Assembly: GCA_965279115.1 (NCBI GenBank)
Contig: OZ257137.1
Location: 1,206,587 to 1,270,586 of the forward strand
DNA: 64,000 nt
Reading direction: 5' to 3'
From: Burkholderiales bacterium
Lineage (GTDB): Bacteria > Pseudomonadota > Gammaproteobacteria > Burkholderiales > JAEUOS01
Each line of letters opens with the position of its first letter. Position 1 is the first letter of the stretch. A program made the position numbers and the translations under genes. Below, piece after piece: positions 30,672 to 40,915 of the stretch. Under the pieces are notes generated by a model. It searched no databases and had not been told where the DNA came from. It saw nothing but the letters and a program-made list of their open reading frames with translations.

Positions 30672-32678
30672 CTAGATCACGCTTTTCACGGCCTGCGCGA
30701 CATTTTCGGCCGTGAACCCGAAAAACTTGAACAAATCCTTGAAAGGCGCCGATTCGCCAAAACGGTCGATGCCGATCACCTTGCCTTCCAGCCCCACATA
30801 CTTCCACCAGAAATCGGTGACGCCGGCCTCCACCGCGACCCGCGGCACGCCGCGCGGCAACACCATCTCCCGATAGGCCGCATCCTGGGCGTCGAATACC
30901 TGGGTGCAGGGCATGGAGACCACGCGTACCTGAACACCTTCGGACGCAAGCAATTCCCGCGCCTTGGTGGCCAGTTCCACTTCGGAACCGGTGGCGATGA
31001 TGATGGCGGCAGGCTTGTCGGCGTCGGCCAGCACATAGCCGCCGCGGGCGATATTGGCGATGGCAGCCGTCGCTCGCGCCTGGAACTGCGAATTCTGGCG
31101 GGTGAAGATCAGGCAGGCAGGCCCGTCTCGGCGCTCCACAGCCTTGGTCCAGGCCACGGCGGATTCGACGGTATCGCAGGGGCGCCAGACATGCATGCCG
31201 GGGATCAGACGCAGGCTCGACACATGCTCGACCGGCTGGTGGGTCGGGCCGTCCTCGCCCACGCCGATGGAGTCATGGGTGAAGACGAAGATGTTGCGCA
31301 GCTTCATCAACGACGCCATGCGCAGGGCATTGCGCGAATAGTCGGCGAAGGTGAGGAAGGTGCCGGTTTCCGGAATGAAGCCGCCATGCAGGCTCATGCC
31401 GTTGGTAATGGCCGCCATGGCAAATTCGCGCACACCGAAATTGACGATGTTGCCGGCCAGTTTGCCGTCCGCGCCACGCGCGACCACCTGGCTACCGGGC
31501 CAGTTGGTGAACACGCTGCCCATCAGGTCGGCGGAGCCGCCGATGAGTTCCGGCAGCACCGGCGCGATGCCGGCGATGGCGCCCTGCGAAGCCTTGCGGG
31601 TGGCCACCGTCTCGGCCTTGGCGTTGACGCTCTCGATCAGGGCGGCGACCGTCGTGTTCCAGCTGGCGGGCAGGTCGCCGGCCATGCGGCGACAGAATTC
31701 GGCGGCCAGGTCGGGATGGGCCTTGGTATAGGCGGCGAACTTCTCGTTCCAGTCCTTTTCCAGCAGGGCGCCACATTCGCGCGCGTTCCAGCCGGCGTAC
31801 ACCTCGGGCGGGATGACAAAGGGCTCGTGGTTCCAGCCCAGCGCGGCACGGGTGGCAGCAATTTCTTCCTTGCCGAGCGCCTCGCCATGCGCCTTGGCGG
31901 TGCCGGCGCGGGTCGGCGCGCCCTTGCCGATGACGGTCTTGCAGCAGATCAGGGTCGGGCGCTTCGTTTCCGCCTTGGCGGCCGCAATCGCCGTATCCAC
32001 GGCGTCGGCGTCATGGCCGTCCACATTCGGGATCACATGCCAGCCATAGGCCTCGAAGCGCTTGGGCGTGTCATCGGTGAACCAGCCGGCGGTCTTGCCG
32101 TCGATGGAAATACCATTGTCGTCGTACAGGGCGATCAGCTTGGACAAGCCCCAGGTACCGGCCAGCGAGCAGGCTTCGTGGGAAATGCCTTCCATCAGGC
32201 AACCGTCGCCCAGGAACACATAGGTATGGTGGTTGACGATGTCGTGGCCGGGGCGATTGAAGGCCGTGGCCATCAGTTCCTCGGCCAGCGCCATGCCCAC
32301 CGCGTTGGTGATGCCCTGGCCGAGCGGCCCGGTGGTGGTTTCCACGCCCGGTGTCATGCCGTACTCGGGATGGCCGGGTGTTTTGGAGTGCAACTGGCGG
32401 AACTTCTTCAGTTCCTCGACAGGCAGGTCGTAGCCGGTCAGGTGCAGGAGCGAATACAGCAGCATGGACCCGTGGCCGTTGGACACCACGAAACGATCGC
32501 GATCCGCCCACTTCGGGTTGGCCGGGTTGTGGCGCAGGTGGCGGTTCCACAGTCCCACGGCGATGTCGGCCATGCCCATGGGCATGCCAGGATGGCCGGA
32601 ATTTGCCTGCTGCACGGCATCCATGGTCAGTGCGCGGATGGCGTTGGCCAGTGTTGCTGCGGAAACGGGGGTGGTCAT
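30672..32678 (-). CDS. tkt: Transketolase
   Basis: 668 aa. [24 protein letters not shown] and [13 protein letters not shown]. Confidence 0.95.
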   Translation of the reverse strand: MTTPVSAATLANAIRALTMDAVQQANSGHPGMPMGMADIAVGLWNRHLRHNPANPKWADRDRFVVSNGHGSMLLYSLLHLTGYDLPVEELKKFRQLHSKTPGHPEYGMTPGVETTTGPLGQGITNAVGMALAEELMATAFNRPGHDIVNHHTYVFLGDGCLMEGISHEACSLAGTWGLSKLIALYDDNGISIDGKTAGWFTDDTPKRFEAYGWHVIPNVDGHDADAVDTAIAAAKAETKRPTLICCKTVIGKGAPTRAGTAKAHGEALGKEEIAATRAALGWNHEPFVIPPEVYAGWNARECGALLEKDWNEKFAAYTKAHPDLAAEFCRRMAGDLPASWNTTVAALIESVNAKAETVATRKASQGAIAGIAPVLPELIGGSADLMGSVFTNWPGSQVVARGADGKLAGNIVNFGVREFAMAAITNGMSLHGGFIPETGTFLTFADYSRNALRMASLMKLRNIFVFTHDSIGVGEDGPTHQPVEHVSSLRLIPGMHVWRPCDTVESAVAWTKAVERRDGPACLIFTRQNSQFQARATAAIANIARGGYVLADADKPAAIIIATGSEVELATKARELLASEGVQVRVVSMPCTQVFDAQDAAYREMVLPRGVPRVAVEAGVTDFWWKYVGLEGKVIGIDRFGESAPFKDLFKFFGFTAENVAQAVKSVI

Positions 32679-32901
32679 GAGAAGAATTTCAGGAATGGCC
32701 GGGCGGACCGAAAGTACATGTTGCCCTGCGATTCCCCCGCGACGCGTGAAGGCCGGCGAAGAAAGTGCAGGCGGAGAACCTATAATTATACGCTGACGGG
32801 ATGGCGATCCCGGCCCTCATGACGCGCCGCAAAAATCGTCGACGCCTTCGCAATCCGCCTTTGCAACCCAACCCCTTTTTCTGCCCCGGAGCCGCTGCCC
32901 C

Positions 32902-33267
32902 ATGCAGGGCCTGCACCTGACTGGCGACCTGTTCGATTGTGCTTGCGCGCCGCACCGGCTCAAGGATGTGGCCGACCTGCGTGCACATTGCCTGGCGGCA
33001 GTGCGCGCTGCCGGCCTCTCGCCGGTAGCCGACCTGTTCCACGCCTTTCCCGGCAGCGCGGGCGTCACCGGCGTGGTGCTGCTGGCGGAGTCACACATGG
33101 CGGTGCATACCTGGCCGGAAACCATGGGCGTGACGCTCGACATCTATGTGTGCAACTTCGGCGCCGACAATTCCGCCAAGGCCCAGGCGCTGCGCGATGC
33201 CATGACTGTGTACTTTGCGCCTGCAAGGCAGCATCTGCAAACCCTGCAACGTGGAGCGAAGTCGTGA
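32902..33267 (+). CDS. Small S-adenosylmethionine-decarboxylase-family (SpeD/SpeH-like, pyruvoyl) protein
   Basis: 121 aa. LLAESHMAVHTWPE matches the (E-S)H..hHT(W/F)PE self-processing motif of class-1 AdoMetDC, followed by DIYVCN. Confidence 0.7.
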   Translation: MQGLHLTGDLFDCACAPHRLKDVADLRAHCLAAVRAAGLSPVADLFHAFPGSAGVTGVVLLAESHMAVHTWPETMGVTLDIYVCNFGADNSAKAQALRDAMTVYFAPARQHLQTLQRGAKS

Positions 33268-34001
33268 TTCCCCGCCTGTATTGCCAGGGCGAAATCGCCG
33301 TCGGGCAGACGCTGGCGCTCCCCGACAAGCCCGCCCACCACGCCCGCGATGTGCTGCGCCTGGCCGGCGGCGACGAAATCACACTCCTCAACGGTCTGGG
33401 CGGCGAATACCGTGCGCGCCTGACTGCGGTGACCAAACGCGACGTGGAAGCCCAGGTGCTGGAATTCCGCCAGCGAGAGGCCGAAGCGCCCTACCCGGTG
33501 ACCATCGCCCAGAGCCTGGCGGGCGGCGACAAGATGGACTGGGTGGTGGAAAAATCGGTCGAACTCGGTGCCGCGGCGATCGTGCCGCTGGCAGCCACCC
33601 GCTCGGTGCTGCGGCTCAACCCGGAGCGCGCCGCCAAACGCCTGGAACACTGGCGTGCCATTGCGCAAGCGGCTTGCGAGCAATGCGGCCGCAATCGCAT
33701 TCCCGCGATCGCCCCCGTAAGCCCCATCGACCACTGGCTGGCCGGCATGCGCGATCAGGATGGGCTCAAACTCATGCTTTCGCCAGTGCATGCGACGCAG
33801 TTTTCCAGCCTGCCGACACCGGTGGTTGGTACGCCCGTTACGCTGTTGATCGGCCCGGAGGCCGGCCTTTCAGATGCCGAAGAGGCGCTGGCCCAATCGG
33901 CCGGGTTCCAGCCCATCCTGCTCGGGCCGCGTGTCATGCGCACCGAGACCGCGGCGCTGGCCGCGCTGGCGGCGATTCATGCGCGCTGGGGAGATTTCTG
34001 A
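33264..34001 (+). CDS. rsmE: 16S rRNA (uracil1498-N3)-methyltransferase
   Basis: Part of track ORF 32937..34001. The GTG at 33264 (GGAG upstream) overlaps the speD-like stop (GTGA). IPRLYCQGEI..., KMDWVVEKSVELGAAAIVPL and LIGPEAGLSDAE are RsmE motifs. Confidence 0.85.
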   Translation: MIPRLYCQGEIAVGQTLALPDKPAHHARDVLRLAGGDEITLLNGLGGEYRARLTAVTKRDVEAQVLEFRQREAEAPYPVTIAQSLAGGDKMDWVVEKSVELGAAAIVPLAATRSVLRLNPERAAKRLEHWRAIAQAACEQCGRNRIPAIAPVSPIDHWLAGMRDQDGLKLMLSPVHATQFSSLPTPVVGTPVTLLIGPEAGLSDAEEALAQSAGFQPILLGPRVMRTETAALAALAAIHARWGDF

Positions 34002-34203
34002 GGTCGGGGTCGATCACACCATCGTAGCGATGGCGATACACCCTTCTGACGACGCGGCTTGGCGGTCGAAACGGGACACACCTGGGCGGGCAATGCACAG
34101 CAGAAGTGCAGGCCGCAACACTTTCGCCTCGTCGCCGCGCGCCGGCGTGCCAACCGCGCCCCTCCCATGCGGCAGAGACGCCCGAATGCGGCGGCGCGGC
34201 ATC

Positions 34204-34219
34204 TGGCATATCAATTGCA
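34204..34219 (+). promoter_or_regulatory. Sigma-54 (-24/-12) promoter candidate TGGCAT-N5-TTGCA
   Basis: TGGCATATCAATTGCA. GG is at 34205-06 and GC at 34217-18 (12-nt register), ~80 nt upstream of the SBP start codon at 34298. Confidence 0.5.
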
Positions 34220-34297
34220 ACGCCCTTCCTGAAGCAGTTCGTTCCCTCGACGCCGCCTGGGGCGCATCCCAGGTCCACAACGGAAGGAAGGTTGGCC

Positions 34298-35338
34298 ATG
34301 TTGATGAAGGTCGCAGCGAAAACACTGGTAGCCACACTGTTACTGGCCGCAATGATCACCCCGAGTTCGGCGCAGCAGCCGACCCGGATCCGCGTCAGCC
34401 TCGACTGGCTGTTCCAGGGCCCGGCCGCGTTCTTCCTCCTGCCCCTGGCCAAGGGCTATTTCAAGGAAGAAGGCCTGGATGTCACGATCGACGCCGGCAA
34501 CGGGTCGGCGGGCGTGCTCACCCGGGTGGCGGGCGGTTCGCATGACATGGCGCTTGCCGACGTGAGCGCGTTCACCGAATTCCTCGGCGCGAACCCCTCC
34601 TCGCCGCAAGCACAACTGCAGGGCATCTTCACGCTCTATGATGCCTCGCCGGCGGCGGTTGTCACACTCAGGAAGTCGGGCATCACCAAGCCTAAAGACT
34701 TTGAAGGCAAAACCATTGGCGGGCCGATCTCCGACGCAGGACGAAAGGCGTTTCCGCTCTTCGCCCGTGCCACCGGCCTGGACATGAGCAAGATCAAATG
34801 GACCACGATGGAGCCGTCCCTGCGCGAAACCATGCTGGTGCGCAACGAGGTCGACGCCGTGACCGGATTTCTTTTTTCCAACTGGTTCAGCCTGCTGCAG
34901 CGGGGCGCCAAGGAAGAGGACATCGTCGCCTTCAAGTACGCCGACCATGGCGCCACGTTGTACGGCAGCTTCATCGTGGCCAGCCCGAAGTTCATCGCCG
35001 AGCAGCCGGACGCGATCCGGCGCTTCAATCGCGCGCTCGTCAAGGGTGTCCGGGAGGTGGTCCAGAATCCTGACGCGGCGATGCAATACGTCAAGGCGCG
35101 CGATCCGCTGATCGACCTGCCGCTTGAAACGCGCCGACTCAAGATGGCGATCGATATCTCGGTCAAGACCGCCAACACGGTGGCCAATGGCATCGGCGCG
35201 GTCAACAAGGTCCGTCTCGAGAACTCGACCGCGGAGGTCGTCGCGGCATTCGCGCTCAAGAACTCTCCGGTGGTCGACAACATGTTCAATTCGAATTTCC
35301 TGCCGGCCAAGAGCGATCGCATGGTGTTCTCGAAGTAG
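34298..35338 (+). CDS. NMT1/THI5-like (NitT/TauT-type) periplasmic substrate-binding protein, with no adjacent permease or ATPase
   Basis: Track ORF 34106..35338. Start refined to MLMKVAAKTLVATLLLAAMITPSSAQQ (signal peptide), with a GGAAGGAAGG RBS region upstream. Confidence 0.8.
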   Translation: MLMKVAAKTLVATLLLAAMITPSSAQQPTRIRVSLDWLFQGPAAFFLLPLAKGYFKEEGLDVTIDAGNGSAGVLTRVAGGSHDMALADVSAFTEFLGANPSSPQAQLQGIFTLYDASPAAVVTLRKSGITKPKDFEGKTIGGPISDAGRKAFPLFARATGLDMSKIKWTTMEPSLRETMLVRNEVDAVTGFLFSNWFSLLQRGAKEEDIVAFKYADHGATLYGSFIVASPKFIAEQPDAIRRFNRALVKGVREVVQNPDAAMQYVKARDPLIDLPLETRRLKMAIDISVKTANTVANGIGAVNKVRLENSTAEVVAAFALKNSPVVDNMFNSNFLPAKSDRMVFSK

Positions 35339-35342
35339 TCGC

Positions 35343-36314
35343 ATGGCCAACAAGCTCCCGATCATCGACTTCAGCGGCCTCGCTTCCGGCCAGCAGGAAG
35401 CGCGCGTCGCCATCGCCGCGCAGATCGAACGCGCCTGCCGCGACACCGGGTTCTTCTACCTGGTGGGACACGGCATCGATCCGCTTGTGATCGATGCCGC
35501 GTTCGAGGCGTCGCAACGCTTTTTCCGACAGCCCGAATCGATCAAGCAGCAGGTGTTTCACAAGCAATCCAAAAGCCTCGCGGGATGGGAGCCGCTGTGC
35601 GCACAGTCGCTCGACGGTGTGTCGGCGCCCGACCTGAAGGAAAGCTTTTATTGCAGCTTCGACCTGCCCGACGACCACCCGTATGTCGCGGCGGGCATGC
35701 GTTCATGGGGCGCCAACCAGTGGCCGGCCGGATTGCCCGGCTTTCGAAGTGCGATGCTCGATTACCTGACGGCGGTGACCGCGTTGTCGCACGAGGTGGT
35801 GCGACTGTTCGCGCTCTCGCTGCGCCTGGAGGCCGCGCATTTCGACCCGATGTTCGAGGAAGCCAGCTGCCATCTGCGGCTGGTGCGTTACCCGCCGCAT
35901 CCCGAGGCGGCGCCTGCGGACCAGTTCGGTGCCGGCGCGCATACCGACTGGGGCGCCGTGACCTTGCTGATGCAGGATGGTGCGGGCGGGCTGCAGGTCA
36001 AATCGGTTGCGGGTCAATGGATCGACGCGACGCCGATGCCCGGCGCGCTGATCGTCAACATCGGCGACCTCATGGCGCGCTGGACCAACGATTACTACCG
36101 CTCCAGCCCGCACCGGGTGCGCAACCGCCAGACCGACGGTGACCGCTATTCGATGGCGTTCTTCTACGCCCCGGACCCACAAGCGCGGATCGAATGCCTG
36201 CCCACCTGCACGGACGCGCAAAACCCGCCGCTATATCCGCCTTGCAGCGCCATCGAGCACATGATGGAGATGGTCGAACGCACCTACGGCAAGGGGCGGG
36301 CTGTCACAGCGTAG
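35343..36314 (+). CDS. 2-oxoglutarate/Fe(II)-dependent oxygenase (isopenicillin-N-synthase-like family)
   Basis: Part of track ORF 35124..36314, starting MANKLPIIDFSGL. The HTDWG (HxD) and SSPHRV facial-triad motifs are present. It starts 4 nt after the SBP stop. Confidence 0.85.
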   Translation: MANKLPIIDFSGLASGQQEARVAIAAQIERACRDTGFFYLVGHGIDPLVIDAAFEASQRFFRQPESIKQQVFHKQSKSLAGWEPLCAQSLDGVSAPDLKESFYCSFDLPDDHPYVAAGMRSWGANQWPAGLPGFRSAMLDYLTAVTALSHEVVRLFALSLRLEAAHFDPMFEEASCHLRLVRYPPHPEAAPADQFGAGAHTDWGAVTLLMQDGAGGLQVKSVAGQWIDATPMPGALIVNIGDLMARWTNDYYRSSPHRVRNRQTDGDRYSMAFFYAPDPQARIECLPTCTDAQNPPLYPPCSAIEHMMEMVERTYGKGRAVTA

Positions 36315-36377
36315 TCAAGCGCCGGTTCGGGAACCCGTCGAATCCAGAATCCGCGAAAACGGCCATACACGCCGCAA

Positions 36378-37421
36378 TCAGGGAACGATGCGCTCCTTCC
36401 GGAAGCGCGTGAGCAAATCGACGAACATGTCCTCGCTGTCGACCACCTCGTGAAAGCCATGCTGGCGGGATTTGGTCAGGTTGGACATCACGTCCCAGGT
36501 GGTATTGAACACATAGTCGCCGAACGGCCATGCGACGACTTCGTCGAAGCGATAGGGCTTCAGACCATGCTTCCTGACAATCGCATCCCACAACGGCGCC
36601 TTGTCAGCCATGAACTCGGTGAGGTTGAGCGGTGACGGCTCGCCCGCCTCCATGCCGAACACGGCAGCCAGGCGCGGCCAGATGTCCAGCCAGCGGAAGT
36701 AGTCGCCATTGGTGATGTTGTAGGCCTGGTTGGCGCAGCGCGCATCGGTGGCGGCCCACAGCGCGGCGTTGGCGAAATGGCCGGAATCGGTCACCTGGTA
36801 GATGTTGCGCCCGGTGCCGGGCTTGCCGGGCCAGGCCATCGGGCGGCCGAGTTCCTTCATGATGGCAGCGTAGACGGCGATCACCGGCAGGATGCTCATG
36901 GCCGTGCCGGGGGCGAATCCGCACAGGGTTTGCGGGCGCAAGTCGGCCCAGGTCCAGCGCTTGCCTTTCTGGAACTCGGTGAGCCAGTCGATCTGGTCGA
37001 AGTAGTAGTTGGCGCCGGCGTGGCGCGAATCGGACTCGCGCGCCGGGGTCTTGTAGGGCCCCAGATGCGTGCCGTAGTACTTGGTACCGGTGATCAGGAC
37101 CACCCGCTCCAGTTCGGGCGAGACGCGCTCGATGGCACTCACCGAATTGACCAGCATGTCGCGGTTGGGTGCGATGTTGGAGGCGTAGTCGGCCGCCTTG
37201 CCGGCGGAGGCCTGGAAAGCCGCATAGAACACATGCGTCACGTCGCCGAAATCCGGTGTCCAGGGTTGCAGCACATCAACGGGGACATAACGCACCCGCT
37301 CCCGGTCTTCACCCTTGCGGCGCGACAAACCAATGACCTCCCAATCCGGAAGGGCGGCCAGCTTGTCGACGATATAGCGGCCCATCACGCCCAATGCGCC
37401 CACCACGACTGCCTTCTTCAT
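36378..37421 (-). CDS. Extended SDR family NAD(P)-dependent oxidoreductase (epimerase/dehydratase-like)
   Basis: 347 aa. MKKAVVVGALGVMGRYIV is a glycine-rich Rossmann N-terminus. Confidence 0.75.
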   Translation of the reverse strand: MKKAVVVGALGVMGRYIVDKLAALPDWEVIGLSRRKGEDRERVRYVPVDVLQPWTPDFGDVTHVFYAAFQASAGKAADYASNIAPNRDMLVNSVSAIERVSPELERVVLITGTKYYGTHLGPYKTPARESDSRHAGANYYFDQIDWLTEFQKGKRWTWADLRPQTLCGFAPGTAMSILPVIAVYAAIMKELGRPMAWPGKPGTGRNIYQVTDSGHFANAALWAATDARCANQAYNITNGDYFRWLDIWPRLAAVFGMEAGEPSPLNLTEFMADKAPLWDAIVRKHGLKPYRFDEVVAWPFGDYVFNTTWDVMSNLTKSRQHGFHEVVDSEDMFVDLLTRFRKERIVP

Positions 37422-37466
37422 GCGTTTCCCCGATACGTATTCATCATCAGTTTTTTTCGAAGCCGG

Positions 37467-38012
37467 TCAACCTCGACCGCGCGAACGTTTGCGTTGCATC
37501 CATGCCCAGCGAAGATACAGGCCCCAGCCCACATGCACGACCAGGTAGCCCGCCGCCGCCAGAAGCGCAGCCAGCAGCGGCACACCCACCAGCAGGGGCA
37601 TGCCAAGTGACAGGGACCAGGCACCGAGCGCTTCGGCCCATTGGGCCGGTGTCATGCCGCTCAATGACGGCGCCGCCATCGCGTCCGCGGATGGCCCGAT
37701 CACGAATGCGCCCACCTGGTAAGCCAGCAAGTAGAGTGGAATGATGGTCAGCGGATTGGTGTAGAGAGTGGTTACCAGCGCCACCGGAAGGTTGCGTTTG
37801 AGCCAGATGGCGCCAATGGCGCCGCCCAGCATCTGCAACGGGCCCGGGATCAGGCCGCAAAAAAGACCGATGGCGACACCGCCCGCCACGCTGTGACGGC
37901 TCAGGTGCCACACCGCCGGATGGAAAAAGCGCGGGCCGAGAAAGCGCGCGACCGCGGTGTCGCGGTACTTCTCCATATCGGGCAACACGCGCTTGAGCCA
38001 GCGGCGGGGCAT
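37467..38012 (-). CDS. DUF2062-family membrane protein
   Basis: Track ORF 37467..38156. Start refined to MPRRWLKRVLPDMEKYR (GAGAGGAAG upstream). HSVAGGVAIGLFCGLIPGP...LYTNPLT matches my recollection of DUF2062. Confidence 0.65.
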   Translation of the reverse strand: MPRRWLKRVLPDMEKYRDTAVARFLGPRFFHPAVWHLSRHSVAGGVAIGLFCGLIPGPLQMLGGAIGAIWLKRNLPVALVTTLYTNPLTIIPLYLLAYQVGAFVIGPSADAMAAPSLSGMTPAQWAEALGAWSLSLGMPLLVGVPLLAALLAAAGYLVVHVGWGLYLRWAWMQRKRSRGRG

Positions 38013-38083
38013 CGGCTTCCTCTCGTCATTCGGACGAGCGCGAGTATAGGGATTCGCGAGCGGATTTCCCTCGGGGACAACCC

Positions 38084-38998
38084 TCACGAGCCGGGGATGA
38101 TCCCCGGCGGCAGCGCAAGGCAATGCGCCGCAATCTCGCAGGGCTTGGCCCACCACACCTGCCCGGCGTGCGTGTGCTCGAGGCAGTGCCGCAGGGCGCG
38201 GCGGATCATGCGCAGGCGGAAGGGCTGGCCGAACACGTAGGTATGGATGGACACGTTCATCACCAGCGGATGGGCGGCCGACTGCTCGATCATCTCATCG
38301 AACTGCTCGACGATCATGTCGCAGAAGTCGGAAGCGTCCTGCTTGCGGTGGATTACCACCTGCGAATCGTTGAGTTCGATCGGGTACGGCACCGAGAGGA
38401 TCGGGCCGTTGCGGGTGCGCAACCACACCGGCTGGTCGTCCATCGGCCAGTCCATCACGTACTGGTAGCCGATCTCCTTCAACAGGTCGAGCGTGTTGCC
38501 GGTTTCGTAGGCGCCGGAGCCCATCCAGCCGGTGGGCGGCTTTCCTTCATGGCGCGCGATGGTGTCGGTCACCTCGCGCAGGATGCGCTCTTCATCCGGC
38601 TGCCACAGGCCGCGCAGGTTTTCCGCATTGCTGCGGCCATGGGCCACCACTTCGTCGCCGCGCTTGCGGATCGCGTCCATGATCTGCGGCGCATAGTCGT
38701 ACAACAGGCTGTTGCAGTTGTGGCCGGCCGGCAGCTTGAGCGTGTCGAGCATTTCGAACAGGCGCCACACGCCGATGCGGTTGCCGTAGTCGCGCCACGA
38801 GTAGTTGCGGTGCGTCTGCGGCTCGCCGGTCTTGGCCGGGTCATGTCCGAGGCCGGCGCCATAGGCGAACCACTCGATGTTGGTGGTGAGCGTGAAGGCA
38901 AGCCGCTTGCCGCCCGGCCAGCTGTAGTCGCGCCGCTCCGGAAGCGGGATGTAGTCGTAGCGATTGTGCTGCGGCAGCAGCGGCTTCCTGTCGTTCAT
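38084..38998 (-). CDS. Polysaccharide-deacetylase (NodB/PuuE-like) family hydrolase
   Basis: 304 aa. WPGGKRLAFTLTTNIEW... and the overall pattern are like PuuE/chitin-deacetylase-type proteins. This is a by-eye assignment. Confidence 0.7.
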   Translation of the reverse strand: MNDRKPLLPQHNRYDYIPLPERRDYSWPGGKRLAFTLTTNIEWFAYGAGLGHDPAKTGEPQTHRNYSWRDYGNRIGVWRLFEMLDTLKLPAGHNCNSLLYDYAPQIMDAIRKRGDEVVAHGRSNAENLRGLWQPDEERILREVTDTIARHEGKPPTGWMGSGAYETGNTLDLLKEIGYQYVMDWPMDDQPVWLRTRNGPILSVPYPIELNDSQVVIHRKQDASDFCDMIVEQFDEMIEQSAAHPLVMNVSIHTYVFGQPFRLRMIRRALRHCLEHTHAGQVWWAKPCEIAAHCLALPPGIIPGS

Positions 38999-38999
38999 G

Positions 39000-39968
39000 T
39001 CAGTCGACTTTCGCCCCGGAGGCCTTGACCAGCGGTGCCAGCATGCCGATCTCGCGGGTGATCATGCGGCCGAACTCCTCGCTGGTGGTGGTGATGCCGT
39101 CGGCGCCCAGGGTTTCGTAGATCTTCTTCACCTCGGGGCTTGCCACCACCTTGGCGAACTCGCCGTTGATCTTTCGCACCAGCGCCGGGTCCATGCCCTT
39201 GGGGCCGAGGATGCCGCTGTAGAGCACCACTTCGTATCCGGGCAGGCCGGCTTCGATCATGGTGGGTACGTCCGGGACGGCACCTACCCGTGCCGGCGTG
39301 GTGACGGCCAGGGCACGCAGCTTGCCGCCCTTGACCGCACTCACCGCCGGCGGCATGGTGGAGAACACGAACGACACGTCGTTGGCCATGATGGCCTGCG
39401 TGGCCGGCGAGCTGCCCTTGTAGGGGATATGCGTGACGGACACGCCCTGCGAAGTGGCAAACAACTCACTGGCCAGGTGCAGGATGGTGCCATTGCCGGA
39501 GGAGCCATACGAGAACTTGCCGGGGCTGGCCTTGAGCATGCCGACCAGTTCCTTGACGGTCTTGACGTTGGTGGAGGGATGCACCACCAGCATCAACGGT
39601 GTGGAGGCCACCAATGCGATCGGCGTGAAGTCCCTGACCGAGTCGTACGGCAGCTTGGCATAAAGGCTGGCGTTTATCGCATGCGTGGTGATGTCCTGCA
39701 GGAACAGGGTGTAGCCATCCGTCGGCGATTTGGCGATGTAGTCCGCCGCGATGGTGGTGCCGGCACCTGACTTGTTTTCCACCAGTACGCTCTGCCCGAC
39801 ATTGGCAGATAGCTTGGCCGCCAACGCGCGGCCGAGCACGTCGGAAATGCCGCCGGCGGCGAATCCCACCACCAGGCGGATGGGTTTGTTGGGATAGTCA
39901 GCTTGCGCACGGGCAAGCGGGGATGCGGCCAGGAGAGCGGCCGCCAGCACTGCTGAAACAAAACGCAT
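39000..39968 (-). CDS. Bug-family (TctC-like) substrate-binding protein
   Basis: Track ORF 39000..40064. Start refined to MRFVSAVLAAALLAASPLARAQADYPNKPIRLVVGFAAGGISD. Confidence 0.85.
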   Translation of the reverse strand: MRFVSAVLAAALLAASPLARAQADYPNKPIRLVVGFAAGGISDVLGRALAAKLSANVGQSVLVENKSGAGTTIAADYIAKSPTDGYTLFLQDITTHAINASLYAKLPYDSVRDFTPIALVASTPLMLVVHPSTNVKTVKELVGMLKASPGKFSYGSSGNGTILHLASELFATSQGVSVTHIPYKGSSPATQAIMANDVSFVFSTMPPAVSAVKGGKLRALAVTTPARVGAVPDVPTMIEAGLPGYEVVLYSGILGPKGMDPALVRKINGEFAKVVASPEVKKIYETLGADGITTTSEEFGRMITREIGMLAPLVKASGAKVD

Positions 39969-40018
39969 GAACAACTCCGTCGGATGGGTGAAACACTCCC
40001 AGATGCAGGAAGTATGCC

Positions 40019-40885
40019 TTACACCAGCGCGACCGACGGATTCTCCTTCACGGTAATGCGCCACAGCGTGCGCGCCTGGTCATGTTCGGGCAACGGCGCC
40101 GCGTGCAAAAGCTGCGCGTTGTCCCAGACGATGACGTCGCCCACCCTGTAGTCGACGGTGTGCAGATACTTCGCCTGGGTGGCATGCGCCTTCAGCTCGT
40201 CGAGCAGCGCCACGCCTTCGGCCTCGTTCATGCCTTCGATGCCGAAGGAACTGCCGGACACGGCATAGAGCGACTTGCGCCCCACATGCGGATGATTGCG
40301 CGCGACGGCGTGGCGCACCCAGTGCACTTTTTTCTTCTGCGCCTCATTGAGAACCGAAGCCACGGTACGCGAACGCTCGTCGAGGTCGTCGCGATTGCCA
40401 TAGTGATGGCGCGCGATCAGGTCCTCGATACGCGCCTTGGTCGCCGCGGGCAGGTCGTCATAGGCGCGCGACTGGTTGGCGAATGTGGTGCCGTTGCCGA
40501 CATCCGGCATCTGCAGGGCGTAAAGCATGGTGCAGCGCGCCGGTACATCCAGGTAGGAGTAGTCGGAATGGAAGTAGGTGCCGGCATCCTTGAGCCCCGT
40601 GGGCTTGCCATCCTTTTCGACGTTCGACAGCACCAGGATGTCGGCAATCTCCGGATGGTGGAAGGTGTCGATCACATGCGGTTCGGCACGCCCCCAGTGC
40701 TTGGAGAACGCATGGAACTGTCGCGCCGTGAGGTTCTGCTGCGGAAACATGATGAAGCAGTGCCGATGCAGCGCGGCTTCGATGGTTCTGAAATCCGCGT
40801 CCGACAACGGTTGCGACAGGTCGACGCCCTCGATGCGGGCGCCGAGCACATCGGATAGCGGTTGAATCGAAATCATCGACGGCAT
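40019..40885 (-). CDS. TauD/TfdA-family 2OG/Fe(II) dioxygenase
   Basis: 288 aa. LGARIEGVDLSQPLSDADF, HSDYSY (HxD) and LLHAA...R are TauD-family signatures. Confidence 0.85.
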   Translation of the reverse strand: MPSMISIQPLSDVLGARIEGVDLSQPLSDADFRTIEAALHRHCFIMFPQQNLTARQFHAFSKHWGRAEPHVIDTFHHPEIADILVLSNVEKDGKPTGLKDAGTYFHSDYSYLDVPARCTMLYALQMPDVGNGTTFANQSRAYDDLPAATKARIEDLIARHHYGNRDDLDERSRTVASVLNEAQKKKVHWVRHAVARNHPHVGRKSLYAVSGSSFGIEGMNEAEGVALLDELKAHATQAKYLHTVDYRVGDVIVWDNAQLLHAAPLPEHDQARTLWRITVKENPSVALV

Positions 40886-40915
40886 GCGCGTTGGATTCTT
40901 CAGGCTTGCGGCGCC

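Noticed and set aside
32781-32790. The TATAATTATA decamer in the tkt/speD-like divergent region, as a promoter -10 on either strand.
   Set aside because: There is no acceptable -35 hexamer at 16-18 nt on either strand, so orientation and function cannot be decided from the sequence. The nearby GGGATggcgATCCC inverted repeat (32799-32812) is too short to interpret.
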